DNA of 23,064 nt from Ginkgo biloba (GCA_024626585.2 JANKJI020000004.1:1165535-1188598), one strand, 5' to 3'. Counted from the first letter of the stretch, positions 1-12,171 are shown. Program-made: numbers and translations. Notes: generated by a model from the letters alone, not told the origin.

Positions 1-2
1 AA

Positions 3-210
3 CATTGCAATATTCATACACAAGCCCCTAGATATGTTATTTTCAATAACATATTTTATAAGAGATCTATTAATGGTGTCTTACAAAGTTATGTTATTGA
101 GAAGAAGATGAGATTATCTTCATGAGTGCCATTATGGTGCATATGGAGGTCATTTCTCTGCACTTACTATAGTTATAAAGAATATTAGAGCAGGTTACTA
201 TTGGCCCACA
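3..210 (+). pseudogene. pol: Ty3/Gypsy (Tat/Athila-like) integrase N-terminal zinc-binding region, frameshifted fragment
   Basis: Frame 3 reads RYVIFNNIFYKRSINGVLQSYV. Frame 1 from 118 reads LHECHYGAYGGHFSALTIVIKNIRAGYYWPT, matching the HxGxxGGHF...KILRAGYYWPT integrase motif. Similarity stops at TGTTAAC (211). Confidence 0.85.
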
Positions 211-1577
211 TGTTAACCGTGTTAATTACTCCCATCCTAGGTCCCCTTTTTTGGCTTTTNNNNNNNNNNNNNNNNNNNNNNNNNNNNTCATCGTAAATTT
301 CCTTCTGTCAAGTATTCCCCCTTAGTAAGATGATCCCTAATTATCATTCTCTTACATTCCCTCTCCCTTAGTTTTGCTGCTCATTGGTAATTAAAGAGAC
401 TTCCTGGTATGCATGAGTCTGTTTAAGCCCTGTGAGGTTGATCTTGTAAAACTATGTTCGTAACCCTCTACTATAGTGTTAGCCCATAAGCGGGCCCTTC
501 TTTTCATACTTTCCTTTGTAGGGAAGATGGAGAGCATTGTCTTAAGGTGCAAGAAGGGGAGCATGAAGACAAAGAGCCACCTGAGCAAATAAAAGTAACA
601 TCGAAAGGATGAAGTCATTTGGTAAATACCCACTAAGAAAGATAAAGATGAGAAGTGAAAACTTAAGGAAATCTCGAGTTTTAGTGTTTTGAGTCTTAAA
701 AGGTCCAGGCTTTCTGATGATGCCTCTAAAAAGAACCCAAAGTGTTGTGCATGATGAGATACAAATAAGGTTAAGTCAAATCTTAGGAGTCGAGGATCAG
801 GTCCTCCAAAAATTTACTTCATTAGTGATCCTTAGGGTACTATAGACTTGAGCCTAGATAAAGTGAAATTAGTAAAAAAACTTTGAATTTTTTAGAGTTC
901 GGGGAGATGGATGGAATTTGCATTCGCTTGCAACCTAGGAAAGTCAAATAAAGAAATAAAAGGCAGTTGATTGGGGATCTATGTCTAAAATTCACCAAAG
1001 GAAATATTCTAGATCTTAGCAGTAGGCACAAGTTGGGATCCTCTTTGTATAGCCCCAAAGTAATTCTTAAAGTCGCGGACCCAAAATCTTATTAAAGTAG
1101 AATTAATGAAGTTTTCAGGAGTTTAGGTTCAAAACCTCCACAAATATTATTTCACAAGTGATTCCTATTAACCCGAAGGAGGGAGTAAAACCCAATTCAC
1201 ACCCAAACCTCACTCTAGGGTTATAGTCAGATTTGAGATTTTAGGCTTTTTGACTCATAAGAATCAAGGGTGAAGCTTGAACAAATGAAGATCCTCGAAA
1301 ACCCACATATTGGCACGTGTTGCTATTAGGTTGTATCAAATCCTAGCTCATCAACAATCCACATATAAAGTATGAGAATTCAATGTAATGGTCTCGTTGT
1401 ACACCTTAAATCCAAATGAATATACTCTCACCTGCTATGAATTCAAATGAAAACACCCGCACCTAATGCTAAAGTAGGCACCATGCCTTTCCTCCTACAT
1501 GAAGTATGGACACCAACTAGAACTTCATGTTCATATTTATTAAGGGGTTTAAGTGTGTTTCTCTAGAGGATCTATCA
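211..1577 (+). mobile_element. Probable 5' LTR of an element inserted into the integrase remnant
   Basis: Starts with TG where integrase similarity ends, has no recognisable coding motif, ends ...CTATCA and is followed by a decayed Met-type PBS. No partner LTR is in the window. Confidence 0.4.
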
Positions 1578-1578
1578 T

Positions 1579-1590
1579 TAGCATCAAAGA
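1579..1590 (+). promoter_or_regulatory. Degenerate primer-binding site (tRNA-iMet type)
   Basis: TAGCATCAAAGA versus consensus TGGTATCAGAGC (8/12), one base after a CA end. Confidence 0.35.
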
Positions 1591-1965
1591 TAAGAATGAT
1601 AATTGAGCATTCGATTAAGAGCAGGGTCTATAAGATCCAAGGGATATGCATACTAGAGTAGGTATGGTAGTCGTCAAGGCTATGAAGAAGTAGTTATAGA
1701 GGTGACATGTAACATTGATGGAGTGATTCACCAAAGATACACTGGGGGTGAGAAGGAGCAGGATTTAAAGAATCAATTTGAGTATAATCGATGGAGGAAG
1801 ATGACTCGCCCCAAGACTTAGGTTATCACAAAAGCATATACTTGGGAAATCTATGGAGATCTATTNNNNNNNNNNNNNNNNNNNNNNNNNNNNNNNNNNN
1901 NNNNNNNNNNNNNNNNNNNNNNNNNNNNNNNNNNNNNNNNNNNNNNNNNNNNNNNNNNNNNNNNN

Positions 1966-3218
1966 ATACTTCATATAGATTTTTCCATTTATTTTGGCTA
2001 TTTATGGTGGTTGTCCATTGATGATGGCTACTTTTTAGAAAGGGATATTTCCAAAGATTTTTGCCCTTCCCTCATTGCATCCATTGTAGGCCTCAGTATT
2101 TGGGGGGTGTTTGTTTATTAGCCTTTTTCGCAACCATTTATTTACCCACTTCATTTGTGTAAATATATCATTTGGTGCTTCGCACTCATTAAGATTTATA
2201 CCTTATCAACCATTCCTTGTAGCTCATAAGATCTCACATTCATTCACATCATATTATTCTTAGCTTATATTCATTTACCATTCATATATATGGTTATTCC
2301 ATTATGTGGCCCCTGTTACATTGTGTTATCTTTCCCCATACTTCTTTGTGCGCCTTTGACCATACATAACCACATATTATTATGCCTTAGTTACATAGTC
2401 ATGATATACACTTAGCCTTGCCTTTATAGTCTCTATATACATAGGCTCATGACCCTAAGTAAGCCCATATCATTACGTTACCTCTCATAATTAAGGTTAC
2501 AAGGCCTCGTGTATCATATATATACCTCTTGAGGAAAATCCCAAGATACATGGAGAATCTTTGATCACAATGCATCATCTTGTTTCATTGTTCACATCTT
2601 ATCATCATTCTTGATCATTGATTATTAAGAAGGCTTGGCTTGCTCTTGATATACATAATAAGGAAGAACTCTAGTGGATTGGCATCATATATGACTGAGG
2701 CATTGATATCTTCCATCTCACGTATGAGCATTTATTGTGAAGGAGAGAATGTAAGAGGCTTGTATTCATCAAAGGTACCAATCCTTATCTAGTGAGAAGA
2801 TTCGATTTATGCCAGCTTGTCACCATTTTATCAATCAATATTCTCCTTGAATAGATTGTATATTTATATATTGTATCTCAATATATGTGTATGCTTTATC
2901 TTCTCAATGTATGCGTCCTTTATTTTAGCATTTATATTTCCTTGTGGTTTATATATTGTTCTTGTATCTTGTGTGGCATTCATTTTATAAGATTGCCTTT
3001 CATCTAAGAGTTTATATCAAGCCATATAAGGGAGAAAGCATGATTGAGGGAATATTATTTTGCATTAGGACTTCATATTCCATCACACATAGCAAGTGTT
3101 ATCATATTTTTATGCCATTGATTACTTCATATTGCCTCCACATTTTGTAGGGGTGGTTTTTGGCATAAGCACCCTTTGAGGAAGTGTTTTCTTAGATGTA
3201 TTTTCCTTGCATACCACA
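1966..3218 (+). mobile_element. Probable LTR fragment
   Basis: Non-coding block ending ...GCATACCACA, just beyond the end of the minus-strand gag similarity. Left boundary is hidden by the N gap. Confidence 0.3.
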
Positions 3219-3261
3219 ACTATGGCCTTCTTATCATGTTTGACATTATTGCTTTGTCAAA

Positions 3262-4283
3262 GGAGTGGGCAATATCTCTTGATGTGGTCTCCTCCACATT
3301 TAAAGAACTTAATTGATGGCTTCTTGTCCCCCTTAGATTTCTTCTTTCCTTTTTGTCATTGAAGCTCCTTTCCTTTATTTTGAGAATGCTTAGAAAACTT
3401 ATTTTAGAAGAAACTCTTTTTTCCTTTTTTCATAGAGAATGATTGGTTAGAATAGAAGAACTCTTTCTTCCCTTGGAATGGCTTCTTCAATGAATTTGGT
3501 TGGTTAAGTTGACTTGCTTCAACCTACAAGGTAGTGTTCTTTGTGGCCTCTATGGTCTTAGGCTAAGTAATTGCTACCCCTTGCTAGATGTGGGGTTTCA
3601 ATCCACGCATGTAATAGTAAACTCTATACTTAATGGCCAAATCCAACAATCTACCAAAAAGTGCATTTATCTTATAAATGCACTCCTGTATTATACCTAT
3701 CGTCTGCAAGTTCCATACTTGGGTATAGGATTCTTGCATCTCATTCTGAGGTGCAAACTTCTTCATCATGATCTACTTCAACTCAGGGCAGGTCTTAAAC
3801 TTTTGCCTCATACTATCTTCAATCTCCATTTGGACACCATTCCACCATTCTCTAGCAAAGCCTTTGAGTGCCATTGAAACCATGGTAACCTCATCGTCAT
3901 CAGATATACCAAATGATTTAAAGAAAGTCTCAATAGACCTTACCCATGCCCAAAAAGTACCAAGAGCCATGCCATCATAGTCCAAAATCTGCATATTCTT
4001 AAGCTGCATCACATTCCTTAATAGCTTCCACTCCATTATGGACTGCTCATGCTTGGGTTCTTGATCTTCAGACTCTTTCGACGATGCCCTTTCTTTTTCA
4101 GAAAAGTTCTCTTGCTCTTCTTCTTCTTCTTCTTCTAGTCTTAGTTCCTTGGTTCACTCCATCTCTTCCAGCATCCTTCTTCCATAAGAAAGGACCAAGT
4201 TCTCTCAGAGTCTACTTATCCTCCTTAAGCTTTATCCCATTATCTTCAAAAGCTTCCAACATTTTTAGAATCTTGGATTCCAT
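3262..4283 (-). pseudogene. gag: Ty3/Gypsy gag (Retrotrans_gag capsid region plus zinc knuckle) with in-frame stops
   Basis: ORFs 3773-4036 and 3584-3769 are one frame split by TAG: YDG...WVRSIETFF...MALKGFAREWW...ELK*IMMKKFAP...YYYMRGLKPHI. Downstream IKFFKCGGDHIKRYCP (3266-3313) is a knuckle with the first Cys changed to Phe. Confidence 0.88.
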
Positions 4284-4301
4284 CCTTGAATCCACTCTCC
4301 G

Positions 4302-4320
4302 GCTCCAATACCACTGTAAC
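4302..4320 (-). promoter_or_regulatory. tRNA-iMet PBS and adjoining 5' LTR end
   Basis: Minus strand reads GTTACA-G-TGGTATTGGAGC (consensus TGGTATCAGAGC, 10/12), about 20 nt upstream of the gag frame. Confidence 0.75.
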
Positions 4321-4396
4321 AATCTTGCCTCTTAAACCTACATTCTAACACTACTAAGAGATGTAATATAAATAGTCATGATGTGAGAAGAATTGT

Positions 4397-4445
4397 AATA
4401 GTGATGATGTTATTTTCAAAAAAAAAAAATAGTGATGATGTTATT
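4397..4445 (+). mobile_element. Extremely 5'-truncated non-LTR (L1-type) insertion: TTC+poly(A) with 18-bp target-site duplication
   Basis: AATAGTGATGATGTTATT at 4397-4414 and 4428-4445 (identical) flanks TTCAAAAAAAAAA. Confidence 0.7.
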
Positions 4446-4451
4446 CCTGTG

Positions 4452-4777
4452 GATACCTAGAGGCTAAGGTTTGATGAANNNNNNNNNNNNNNNNNNNNNN
4501 NNNNNNNNNNNNNNNNNNNNNNNNNNNNNNNNNNNNNNNNNNNNNNNNNNNNNNCAAACAATGAAGCTTTAGAAGGCCTGGGGACTATCTCAAACAATGA
4601 AGCAAAATTTAGGTCTTTGATCAAAGACTTAAATTGGCACTCAACAAAGGGGTCAAAAGGTTGCAAGTGCAAGGAGATTCAGCCTTATTACGTAAGGCTT
4701 TGAAGGGAGAGTTGCATATGGAACATGCAGGTCTTTATATGCTGTCAGTAAAATGCCCAGGTCTGGCTAGTGCTTTC
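4452..4777 (+). pseudogene. Type-1 RNase H (archaeal-like/RVT_3-type) domain remnant
   Basis: DT*RLRFDE (decayed WxLxFDG), then a 76-N gap, then EGLGTISNNEAKFRSLIKDL in the same frame, then after a frameshift LALNKGVKRLQVQGDSALLRKALKGE...LASAF. The FDG, NNxAE and GDS motifs are in the correct order. Confidence 0.8.
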
Positions 4778-6775
4778 NNNNNNNNNNNNNNNNNNNNNNN
4801 NNNNNNNNNNNNNNNNNNNNNNNNNNNNNNNNNNNNNNNNNNNNNNNNNNNNNNNNNNNNNNNNNNNNNNNNNNNNNNNNNNNNNNNNNNNNNNNNNNNN
4901 NNNNNNNNNNNNNNNNNNNNNNNNNNNNNNNNNNNNNNNNNNNNNNNNNNNNNNNNNNNNNNNNNNNNNNNNNNNNNNNNNNNNNNNNNNNNNNNNNNNN
5001 NNNNNNNNNNNNNNNNNNNNNNNNNNNNNNNNNNNNNNNNNNNNNNNNNNNNNNNNNNNNNNNNNNNNNNNNNNNNNNNNNNNNNNNNNNNNNNNNNNNN
5101 NNNNNNNNNNNNNNNNNNNNNNNNNNNNNNNNNNNNNNNNNNNNNNNNNNNNNNNNNNNNNNNNNNNNNNNNNNNNNNNNNNNNNNNNNNNNNNNNNNNN
5201 NNNNNNNNNNNNNNNNNNNNNNNNNNNNNNNNNNNAAAATTATATTTGAACATGTCATGGAGTGTTATGTTCCACACAGTTATAATCAACAAGATTTTAT
5301 CCTCACTTTTCATTCAAAATTAACATAATTTAGCTTCTTAAATTTATGAGAGGATGATGGGGCACATCATATATGAAAAATGGAGGAATGATCTATCCAA
5401 TAATCCATTTTGTAATACTTGGAGTATTTTGTTTTTTCCACTTCTATTTAGAGTATGATCCATATGGATTTCTTTCCAACACTTTGAAATTTGGTAACCT
5501 ATATTTAAAATCAGTTATATACAACTAATTATTCTCCTTCATTCAATTATAGCATATTCTTCCAAATATTATAATGGAGTAGAGATCACACAATGTGATT
5601 TAACTCTAATAACTTTCTCTCTTTATCTCAAGACTTTTTTGGCTTCAAGAGCACTCTTGAAATATCTCCTTCATAACTAATAAATATGCCACTAGCATTA
5701 AAATTGAGATGGGCAGATTTTAATATTAGAATTTTATATTTTGGTTATGGAAGAGTCTTTGTCTTTATTTATGCAATGTTATTGCATATTTTAATCCTAG
5801 ATTTCTCTAATGTTGTTTATATTTGGACTTTATAGCTCTGTTCTTCAACATTTGTCATTAATGATTTATTCACAAGATTCTATTGTGCATTGTTTAGGGA
5901 AATGTTGGATAAAAGATAAAAGATGAGTAACTAAGTTACAGAAGAAGCCACAGGGTACATAGAGAGGCAAAATTGGATTGATAGTGATTTAAAATTGATA
6001 ATTAAGATCTTCTAGGATAAAAACTCTTGCTTAATGATAAGTTATACTCAACACTTAATCTAGTACTCAATGGAAATGGAGTACTAAGTGGCCATATCAT
6101 TTTATTATATCGNNNNNNNNNNCATAACAATAGTTTAATGGAGTAGAGATTGAACTAAAGTGATAGAGAAAATACTAGACACAATTGGTGGAGAAATCTC
6201 AATAAGAGTAGTGGAAAAGAGCCCAAAATATGGACAGTGGAATGACACAATAGCTACCAAAGTCAAAAGGCTTAAACAAAATATGGTGGATTAAAAGGGT
6301 TAAATTCTAACGAGTGAAATAAAGGGCTTAAATCATGATAGGTGAAGAANNNNNNNNNNNNNNNNNNNNNNNNNNNNNNNNNNNNNNNNNNNNNNNNNNN
6401 NNNNNNNNNNNNNNNNNNNNNNNNNNNNNNNNNNNNNNNNNNNNNNNNNGCACTAGCTCAATGAGATTTTACATGCAGGAACATGGAGGAGAGTGGTCAA
6501 GTATAGTGATCATTAAGGAGTCTTTTGTTAGAGATGATTTTTACTGAAATAGTGATTTTTATTTTAAAAGCACTAAAGTTTTGTTTGAGAATCAATTTGA
6601 TGTATTGGAAAGGAACACCACACTTATGTTGATGGAAGAAGTGCATGCCTTTCATCTCAAAGACCTTCCTAGATCCTAGTCAACTATTTGAGTAGCCATT
6701 GAAGGAAAAGCAGATTATGCAAGCATGCAGTTTGCTTTTGTGACAAGTGAAAAGAGTGGAATGGAAAGTTAGTAG

Positions 6776-7897
6776 TGTAACACCTTATCTCCATCATTCC
6801 TTATTGTGAGGAATATAGTTCTCATTCATTCATACATTTCATAGATAGGATCTGGAAAGAGGCATCAAAATGGTATGGATCAACAATGGGGTCCATTGCT
6901 TCCTAAGAAGGGAGGAATTAATGTTTCATCCTAACCTAGAAGGGGCTAGATGATGGTCCTATGGAGTCAATCCTATTGGGGCCTATGACTAAAGGGGATC
7001 ACATTGGAGAGTTTTAGACCTAAGGGTTTTCTCTTCCTAGTTTCTAATATTGACCCTCTAAAATTAATTAGCATGAGCTAATGGAGTAATTGTAACTTAT
7101 AATTTAGGTTGATGTGCAAATGATTGTTACTTAATTTGCCTAAGATTTAACTAGACATTAACTAAGTGTGAAGTGAAGTTATTGGAGGCAAAAAGGAGCT
7201 TGCATGCCTTGTATGGAATCAAACCCTGGAAGACCTACTAATTATGTAATTAGGGATCCTCTAATAAAATGACCCTAAATCTCACACCTCATGTATCTTT
7301 CATCTTGTGTTCTTGAGAATTTCTTTAGATTAAGAAAAGGAGAAATAGAGAGAGTGGTTTTTCCAAAGCTTTATGTGAATGTTTGATGAATGATTTGTCT
7401 TGGATTCAATATATTTTGATGGTGATAGATCATAGTTGTCTTTTCAACTTTGGATGCATAGGTTATTGCTAGGATCCTCTTACAGATTGAATTGACACTT
7501 CACAAGCATCATACGGAGTCATCTTCAGGTTCAGTTTAGATGGATTCAAGTAATCTCATGCGTGTTTTCCAATTCGAGAAAAAGATAAAATGTGCAGGTG
7601 TTGTAGGGTTCGACGTGTGAACACACACATTTTCACCCTGGACCACTATAGAGCGCATTGCCACACTGTAATTAGGTGTTGGAGCTCTACATCCATGTGC
7701 AATTCAACATTGTCCAGTAATAGAGAGATACCGAGGGTGGTACATCCTAAATTAAGCTTGCCACCGACTCTAAAATCTAGTACTAAGGACAAAGAAGAGA
7801 TGGAAGGATTAGGATCATACCCTTGGTTATAAAATATTACTTCCGTAACACGCATGAGGGTCATGGCCTCATAAACTCCTACTAAGTGGGTGCATCA
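6776..7897 (+). mobile_element. LTR (about 1.1 kb) truncating the neighbouring integrase
   Basis: Termini TGTAACACC...GGTGCATCA form an imperfect inverted repeat. A purine-rich tract precedes it, and the right end is where integrase similarity stops. Flanks AGTAG/CCCAT do not match, so it is not a clean solo LTR. Confidence 0.55.
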
Positions 7898-7899
7898 CC

Positions 7900-8340
7900 C
7901 ATAATCTAGTCCAAAATAACTAAGAAACATAACATCTTAATTAGATGTGATAGAATAAGTTAATTCATGATGAATCCATATATGAGTGAAGAATAATTTA
8001 GTAACTTATGGTGTGGATAGTGTCTTATGACATTCCATAAAAATGGGCATCTTCTTGAACCTAACCATATTATAAAGATATAGTCATGGCCATGCTAAGT
8101 TAGAAGTAAACTTCCTATGTAGACCATAGAAATAAATCACCATGGTCAATTTGGTACTGGTAAAGCCTAGTATTTCCTAAGATTCCTATTAGAAGGATTG
8201 GAAATGAAATAAAGTGAACATGGAATGGCATGTCTTTCCATATTAACTTTCATTTTTTTCTCATACAAGTAATGCTAAAATTTTTGTAGAGTCTTCTTCA
8301 TCCTAAAGTGCCTTAGTACCTTAGAATAATGCACCTATCT
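7900..8340 (-). pseudogene. pol: Ty3/Gypsy (chromovirus-like) integrase, zinc-binding region and N-terminal core, decayed
   Basis: Minus strand, with frameshifts: VHYSKVLRHFRMKKTL / SNPSNRNLRKY*ALPVPN*PW*FISMVYIGSLLLT*HGHDYIF / VRFKKMPIFMECHKTL..VTKLFFTHIWIHHELTYSITSN*DVMFLSYF. This corresponds to GHFG, PLPVPxRPWESISMDF, VDRFSKM and SIISDRD. Confidence 0.85.
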
Positions 8341-8554
8341 AATTAATTAAGTATAGTAACTTCCATTATGAACATAAAGAAATCTTGGGAGATATAATAA
8401 TCTATCCTTGAGATGGAATTCTATCAAGAATACTCTTTATTTGTAAGGGAATATTCTATATAATCCATAATAGAAGTGAATTCCATATTAACAAAATACA
8501 TCCCTTTCCATTTAGAAAAGACAAAACATGAAGCATCCAATACCTATGTTAAAG

Positions 8555-8809
8555 AATGCACTAGTGGTCAACTAAGGAATTTGGCCACCTTGTTATTACT
8601 CCCCTTATTGTACTTGATCATTATATAAAATTTTAAAAGATATCCCATCCATTTTATGGTCCTATGGTCCTCAATCCTAACTTAATAATGAAGAGAGTAA
8701 TTAATTAATGATAAAAACAAGTGATGGTCTCCTTCCTAAGGGGATAATACTTCCAATGTTTAACTACTTATATGATAGTATAGATATCCTTATGGTAAGT
8801 ATTGTACCT
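8555..8809 (-). pseudogene. pol: Ty3/Gypsy RNase H, C-terminal half, decayed
   Basis: Minus strand: TYHKDIY / VVKHWKYYPLRKETITCFYH* / KWMGYLLKFYIMIKYNKGSNNKVAKFLS*P, corresponding to YDKELYA, WxHYL, TDH and YKKGxxNxVADxLSR. It lies upstream of the integrase (Gypsy order). Confidence 0.82.
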
Positions 8810-9002
8810 TATTGACAAGGTTTTACCAATGGGAGATAATTTATCCACATATGAAAAAATTCATAGGCAATGCATAGAGATGACAAAGAATTCAAGGATT
8901 TCATTAGATAAAGGGGTATTTATGAGAGTTAGAACTACCCAGACATTACAATACATCATGAGTCTCTTATCAATCCTCTAATATCATAGATTGGAAACCA
9001 TA
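8810..9002 (-). repeat. LTR end segment of element B, copy 1
   Basis: Colinear with 12174-12367, for example TTCATAGGC(A/G)ATGCATAGAGATGA, TTTCATTAGATAAAGGGG and CCAGACATTACAATACATCATGAG. Confidence 0.85.
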
Positions 9003-9420
9003 CATATGTATATATAGGTGGCAAAGGTCATTGGGTAGTCCAATTTCCAACTTCCTACCTCATTATACACTAATACAATAGTTAGGTGATATTATATGAT
9101 ATATTAAGAGTCCATCGTCCAACACTCATCTGTGACTAAACCTTTATCATATCCTAAGACAAGCAAGTGAAAAATAGTTTGTATCCCTTCCTTCATCTTC
9201 TACTAAAATACCTGGGTAACCAACTACAGTGTTCACCTTCATTAAAGTTAGGAGTATCCTTATGGTGTTGATGCACTCTATTGGTTTTCCTGGGTTACCA
9301 TCCACAACAACTACCAGTCCTATAGGTCACCACACTAGATATAAGGTTTTTTTGTGAAAAGAACCACCATTTATCATGCAGTTCATCGCATTAGCCATTT
9401 TTTTATTTTACTATAGCATT

Positions 9421-9561
9421 TCCATTAAGGAGGAGGCACCCATTTTTCTCTCTACTCCTTACTGCAATCTAATTCCTGGGGGTAAGGCACTCATTCTTCT
9501 CTTTAATCCCTATTTATATCCAATTTCCAAAGGAGGAGGCACCCATTTTTCCTACTACTCC
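9421..9561 (-). repeat. Imperfect direct repeat (two clear copies and one weak), probably a gag peptide repeat
   Basis: AAGGAGGAGGCACCCATTTTT near 9427 and 9529. The minus strand encodes KWVPPP in both. Confidence 0.6.
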
Positions 9562-10661
9562 AAATTTATTTTGATTTCATTATCTAGACATTCTTTTAAG
9601 CTCTACAATTTGTGGGTGAGTGGTCACTTTTGCTTGTGATTGCAATAATGAGGTTTACTTCCCACATTGAAGAAAAACTTTATCCCCAAAAATGAACCAT
9701 AATTAAAAAACTCCAAGGTGTGCTAATTTACATTATGCATCTCCAACATGATTGTTGTTTGTCATATTATAGTAAAAAATATGTGCGCTATAATCAAGTA
9801 CTTGGTCACAAAAATGAACATAGTTGTTGGATCCTTACAACTAATGTTGTCATTTATCCTCTCTAACCGATCTTTAAAAGTATATTTATCACGTAGTTGT
9901 CCATCCTACCTGATAAATGCTAGCCATCCTCCATAGAACTAAAAACACTACATGACTACAATATACAACCCGACAAGATATCAAAATCTAAAATTGATAA
10001 ACTAAAATTAAAATTCATCTAATATTCTCTTCCATGGAGAATGACAAAATACAATGACGACATATTAAATGAATTAATCAATGCTAGACTCTGACTCACT
10101 GTTGGGTACAAATGCAAAAAGTATTACCTTTGTGATAAAATCTAGTAGAATCAATGTTTTGACTTCACTTTAGTTGGACACTGACTTAGATAACCTTACA
10201 TACTTTAGAAATACATCATATTTTGACCATTTTAAATGAATTTGTCAATGATAACACTAGTTAAAACTTTATTGTCACGTGAGAGATGATATCCACATAT
10301 TATAATTTGTTTTGAAATGTGTTTCCATGATTTTATGAGTCATATCTACTTCCACTTGTGGTGAAGAACTTATATATGAAGAAAAGGATAAATCACCATG
10401 TGTCTTTAACATATGACCAAAGAATTAATCACTTTGGTTTATAAACATTAAAAATATATTTAATTATTCTTGATAAAAAGTCTATTAGTTGGTGTTGATT
10501 GGTGATGAATATCTCCACTTAGACGTATATGTAGGTTCATCAACAACCATATAGGATTACTACTATCAATTTGGATGCAACCATTGATACACTGACAACC
10601 ATCCCCCAATCATTGTCAGTTTGGATGCAGCCATCCGATGAGTTCTAGTAAAGAACCTCTA

Positions 10662-10835
10662 ATGTCTCTTAGGTATTCCTTCTCCGATGACCTTGTGTAG
10701 CCTCTTCCAACATGCAATTGATGTCTCTTAGATAGTCCTTCTCTGATAGCCTTTTGCGGCCTCTTTTGACATGCAATTGATGTCTCTTAGATAGTCCTTC
10801 TTCGACGGCCTTTTGTGGCCTCTTTCGACATGCAA
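10662..10835. repeat. 59-bp tandem repeat, three copies
   Basis: Units start at 10662, 10721 and 10780: ATGTCTCTTAG(A/G)TA(G/T)TCCTTCT...GCCTCTT...ACATGCAA. Confidence 0.92.
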
Positions 10836-12159
10836 ATTTTTCCACACATGAAACGGATGCTTTGGTAAATGACTTTGATAGTTTTTACTTCTTTTCTCAT
10901 GAAGTCTCCAATATAGCCTATAATAGATTCCATCACCAAAAAAACCTCCATACCTCGCTGCACTCAACCAAAGTCTCGTATAAAGATAACAATGAACATT
11001 TGTCTGTCATAATGCAATGTCCTCTGATAGAAAAAAAACTAAAGAGATCTTTCTATCACATTCTTATGGTACGATCCAATTCTCCCATAAGTTTGCAATC
11101 TTGACAAGTGGTGTACCTCTAGGCTCTAGCTTAAGCACTTCTTTTTTGACAACTACCACAACTAGATAAATTTGTCATCTAATCGATAAGGATTCTTCCT
11201 TCTCTAACATGAAATTATTTCTTACATGAGCCTCCCCAACGTGGGTGAAATACATTTTGTGTCATTATAGTACTCTAATGTTAAACATTATCATTCAAAA
11301 ACTACTCCATCATTGTCGTTCAACATTACATTTGCCAATGTTGTTCAAAATTATTTTGACATTATCATTGAAAACATTGTGTTTCCCACTATCATTCAAA
11401 TTTACCCTGATATTATTATTCTAAATATTGGCAATGATGTCTCTATAAATAATGAGAATTCTATTGTAAGGTAAATTAGTGTCGAAGGTCATCCTCATAA
11501 CACGAAGCAAGGCCATTCTTTCCTTTGAATTACACAAGCAATGTCTTCTTTGTGGAGATAGTGAACTCCCTGAAGAACAAATCATAGACTTATCCAATCT
11601 TCCATCAACCTTCAAAATGTTTGTAATGATTCCACCTATCATGATTCTATGAATAAATTTCATACTATTCTCCTCAGAGAAGAGTTCAATGTCTACAGAA
11701 TTTGAACCTCATTTTCTTCTTGCATCCTCGTTGCACTCAATGGGGTTGCTCACTATTAACCTTCTTATTGGAAAGACTCATAGTTCTAATTGCACCAACT
11801 CTAGCAATACTTCCCCTCACCCATTCACTATTTAATATAGAACAATATTCCTCTTCCATTTCTATTTGTTGCAAGAAGAATTGGGCACTATTTATAAGGC
11901 ATGACTTAGAAGTATTGCCAGATAAGGTTAAGGAGTCCTTATTTATGGGACTCTGCTCCACCATTACCCCAAAAACTATAATAATAGACCTCTCAGACCA
12001 TTTATTTCCTTAAAAAGGATACTAACAACTATCACCCACCAAATAACCAAACCTCTGAAGTTCAAATCTAGCATCATTCAATTCAAAATTTAGGTAATTT
12101 GTTGAAAATAATCCTTATGTTTATGGTTTATCATGCTACAATACTAGATTCAAATATGA

Positions 12160-12171
12160 GCAATGGTGCTA
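12160..12171 (-). promoter_or_regulatory. Degenerate tRNA-Asp PBS of element B
   Basis: Plus strand GCAATGGTGCTA-AA-TGTTGA versus expected GCAACGGCGCCA. All three differences are C>T. Confidence 0.65.

Noticed and set aside
3500-3980. Plus-strand ORFs of 125 aa and 70 aa
   Set aside because: They are antisense shadows of the gag remnant and carry no motifs.
4117-4136. (CTT)n microsatellite
   Set aside because: It is a short low-complexity tract within the gag N-terminal region, not an independent feature.
4555-4603. 13-bp direct repeat CAAACAATGAAGC
   Set aside because: The first copy sits on the gap edge and is probably an assembly or gap-filling artefact.
4735-5323. Long ORFs of 159-229 aa in the ORF track
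   Set aside because: They are open only because they run through N gaps. The same applies to the ORFs at 1791, 6335, 17608, 20664 and 20700.
5237-6775. Possible LINE ORF1 or pol fragments
   Set aside because: Hand translation of parts gave no convincing motif, so it is left unannotated.
10728-10967. 79-aa ORF with repeated peptides
   Set aside because: It arises from reading through the 59-bp tandem repeat, whose period is not codon-phased.
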